Below are positions 62,019-64,000 of a stretch of DNA of 64,000 bases, in pieces. The stretch comes from Wickerhamiella versatilis (taxonomy: Eukaryota). The DNA lies in assembly GCA_030867685.1 (NCBI GenBank), contig JAQOWU010000003.1, forward strand, positions 682,001 to 746,000, given 5' to 3'. How positions within the stretch are numbered: position 1 is the stretch's first letter; every line of letters starts with the position of its first letter. The notes beneath the pieces are model-generated. The model worked only from the letters and a program-made list of their open reading frames with translations. It did not search any database and was not told the origin of the DNA. The position numbers and the translations under genes were made by a program.

Positions 62019-63965
62019 TTATGCATCTACTACTTTACTGAGTGACATTGTCTTTCCTTTACCTCGTCCCTGTGGCCCTAAAGGTTTACGCGGTCTTTTC
62101 GTTGCCAAATCCGTCTTTTTCTTCTTCTTGGACTGGACGGCATCTAACGCCGACTCCATGGGACGGCCTGCTACAACAGAGTTAGGTTGCGAAAGCATTG
62201 CCTGTGCAACATTAACTGTACCACCAGTAAGATACTTCCGACCAAAAACTATCTTCGTCGTCAACAGCTGCTTGAGCTCAGCTCGTAACCTTTGCAGATT
62301 GTCAGCTGGTCGATTGTACTCCTCCTCATCATCTGAGGACAGATCTACGCCCAAATCCTCAGCTGCTTTGGCCTCCCAAGCCTTCGATTTTCCAAATTTT
62401 GTATTAGCTGCCGCAGCATCAGCAATCTTCTTTGCCAACGAAATGCGATCTCGCAGTCGATCAATTACAGCGTAATCGACATCGAATAATTTGGGCTTTG
62501 CTCCTACTAACTTAGCCAAACGAGGCAAGGGGCCTGATGACTCTTGAGGCGAACACAACACAACCGAAACACCCTGGTTCCCGGCGCGTGCAGTTCGTCC
62601 TGAGCGATGAATATACATGTCTGCCGTACGTGGCAGGTGATAGTGCACCACATGGTCTACAAATGGCACGTCAAGACCTCGAGCAGCAACATCTGTTCCT
62701 ACCAATATTGCATGGGGCGAGGCTTTAAAGCGTTCAAGAGATCGTAACCGCTGTTTCTGCGCCATATCACTATGTACACCAAATGCTTCTAATCCCAATT
62801 CTTTCAAGAGCGGTGTCACCCTTTTAACACTGTCAATACTATTAACAAATGCGATAGTTTTTCCCGGGTAGAGAAGGCAAAAGTAGTAAAGCAGTAAATC
62901 TTTTTCATGAGCAGCACACTCAATTACGGCTTGATGAATCTGAGGCGCTACCTTTTCGTTGGGATCAGCATCAACAAACTGAGTGCGTTTTTTTAGGCCC
63001 AACTTTTCTGTCAATACTTCGTGGATGCTGGGTACTCGTTTCCGCTTTTTGGAATTGCTAAGATTCGTCCAGAGCTCCGGCTCAAAGGTTGCACTGAACA
63101 CTAAGTTTTGTGGCCTAGGGCGCCCCAAAATATTTAATACGGACTCAAGCTCCTGGAATGCATTGGCCTGAACAAGCCTATCAGCCTCATCCAGGACTAA
63201 TGTGGGAATCTGCTGCCAGTCACGTGTCGCTGCACTATCCAAGCTCTCCAATACCTCGAGCAAACGTCCAGGGGTGGCCACTATCACAGCAGGATGGTTT
63301 TTCTCAAGCTGGCGCAATTGCTTTTGGATTGCAAGCCCACCAGTCACTGCCACAATCTTGGACGGTTCCAACATGGAGGAATTCGTACAGACTGCAGACA
63401 GATGATCCTTAATTTGATGTGCAAGCTCTCTTGTGGGTGCGATCACCAGTCCTCGTGAGCCATTATTGAGGTAAGCATCTAACATTGGCAGGCCGTAAGC
63501 TAGTGTCTTACCAGATCCTGTAGCAGCCTTTCCAATTACATCAAGTCCTTGGCATGCTAGTGGTATTGTCTCTTTCTGGATAGCAGTGGGTTCTAAATAA
63601 TTCATTTTCTTCAAAGCGGTCAATAGAACTGGGCTAAGTTTCGGCCACTGCCCTAGTTCAGAAATTTCAGGTTCAGGTTCAAGGGACGACAGGGCTTCAA
63701 AGCCAGTCTCCAGGCGGTCATCCGTCTTACCCGGGGGCTTTCCCGCCTTTTTAGCCTTATTTTTCTTTTTCTGGCCACCTTCCTTCTTCGAACTCTTCGG
63801 AAGAAATCGAGTCTTTCCATTCTCTCGTTCGACGGCTACATCGTCCACTTCTTCCAGTCCATAAAAAATCTCGTTATCGTCGATGGCACCAATGTCATCA
63901 TCTATGCGCGTCCATCCGAGATTTTCAGGGTTCTGAGACCTGTCTTCATCATCAGAATGTGCCAT
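62019..63965 (-). CDS. MAK5: DEAD-box RNA helicase Mak5 (DDX24)
   Basis: FYGLEEVDDV, GKAATGSGKTLAYG, TGGLAIQKQ, DEAD, PRTADMYIHRSGRTAR. First ATG at 63965. Confidence 0.93.
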   Translation of the reverse strand: MAHSDDEDRSQNPENLGWTRIDDDIGAIDDNEIFYGLEEVDDVAVERENGKTRFLPKSSKKEGGQKKKNKAKKAGKPPGKTDDRLETGFEALSSLEPEPEISELGQWPKLSPVLLTALKKMNYLEPTAIQKETIPLACQGLDVIGKAATGSGKTLAYGLPMLDAYLNNGSRGLVIAPTRELAHQIKDHLSAVCTNSSMLEPSKIVAVTGGLAIQKQLRQLEKNHPAVIVATPGRLLEVLESLDSAATRDWQQIPTLVLDEADRLVQANAFQELESVLNILGRPRPQNLVFSATFEPELWTNLSNSKKRKRVPSIHEVLTEKLGLKKRTQFVDADPNEKVAPQIHQAVIECAAHEKDLLLYYFCLLYPGKTIAFVNSIDSVKRVTPLLKELGLEAFGVHSDMAQKQRLRSLERFKASPHAILVGTDVAARGLDVPFVDHVVHYHLPRTADMYIHRSGRTARAGNQGVSVVLCSPQESSGPLPRLAKLVGAKPKLFDVDYAVIDRLRDRISLAKKIADAAAANTKFGKSKAWEAKAAEDLGVDLSSDDEEEYNRPADNLQRLRAELKQLLTTKIVFGRKYLTGGTVNVAQAMLSQPNSVVAGRPMESALDAVQSKKKKKTDLATKRPRKPLGPQGRGKGKTMSLSKVVDA

Positions 63966-64000
63966 TACCACCTTCGCAGCGAAAAAAGATTATATAACCA

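Overview
Eukaryotic DNA from a very compact, almost intron-free budding-yeast (Saccharomycotina) chromosome. It uses the standard code: CTG falls on a conserved Leu in Kin28 'ILHRD'. Gene density, shortened proteins and a bacterial-type gene suggest the Wickerhamiella/Starmerella clade, which is inference only. The window holds about 40 protein-coding genes, mostly housekeeping: LSM6, NAF1, APT1, KIN28, VAS1, ISWI, HYR1, UTP5, RAI1, XPT1, PRP9, DBP8, SDA1, BRF1, SGM1, RER2, MIC60, ARP4, BEM3, MSD1, MMF1, IDP, COF1, HEM2, VPS20, HIS4, RPL2, PCD1 and MAK5. I saw no tRNA, rRNA, transposon or CRISPR array. Main observations: (1) a proteobacterial-type D-3-hydroxybutyrate dehydrogenase between KIN28 and VAS1 under a yeast-style promoter (HGT candidate); (2) an upstream exon and 337-nt intron, missing from the ORF track, that give NADP-IDH a mitochondrial presequence, with a second ATG between branch point and 3' splice site; (3) a likely non-AUG mitochondrial ValRS isoform; (4) a GPI-type cell-wall gene with an in-frame TAA inside its signal peptide; (5) two bZIP-type motifs (TTACGT[GCA]A and TGA[CG]TCA) repeatedly within 0-70 nt of start codons, together with divergent gene pairs only 39-40 bp apart.
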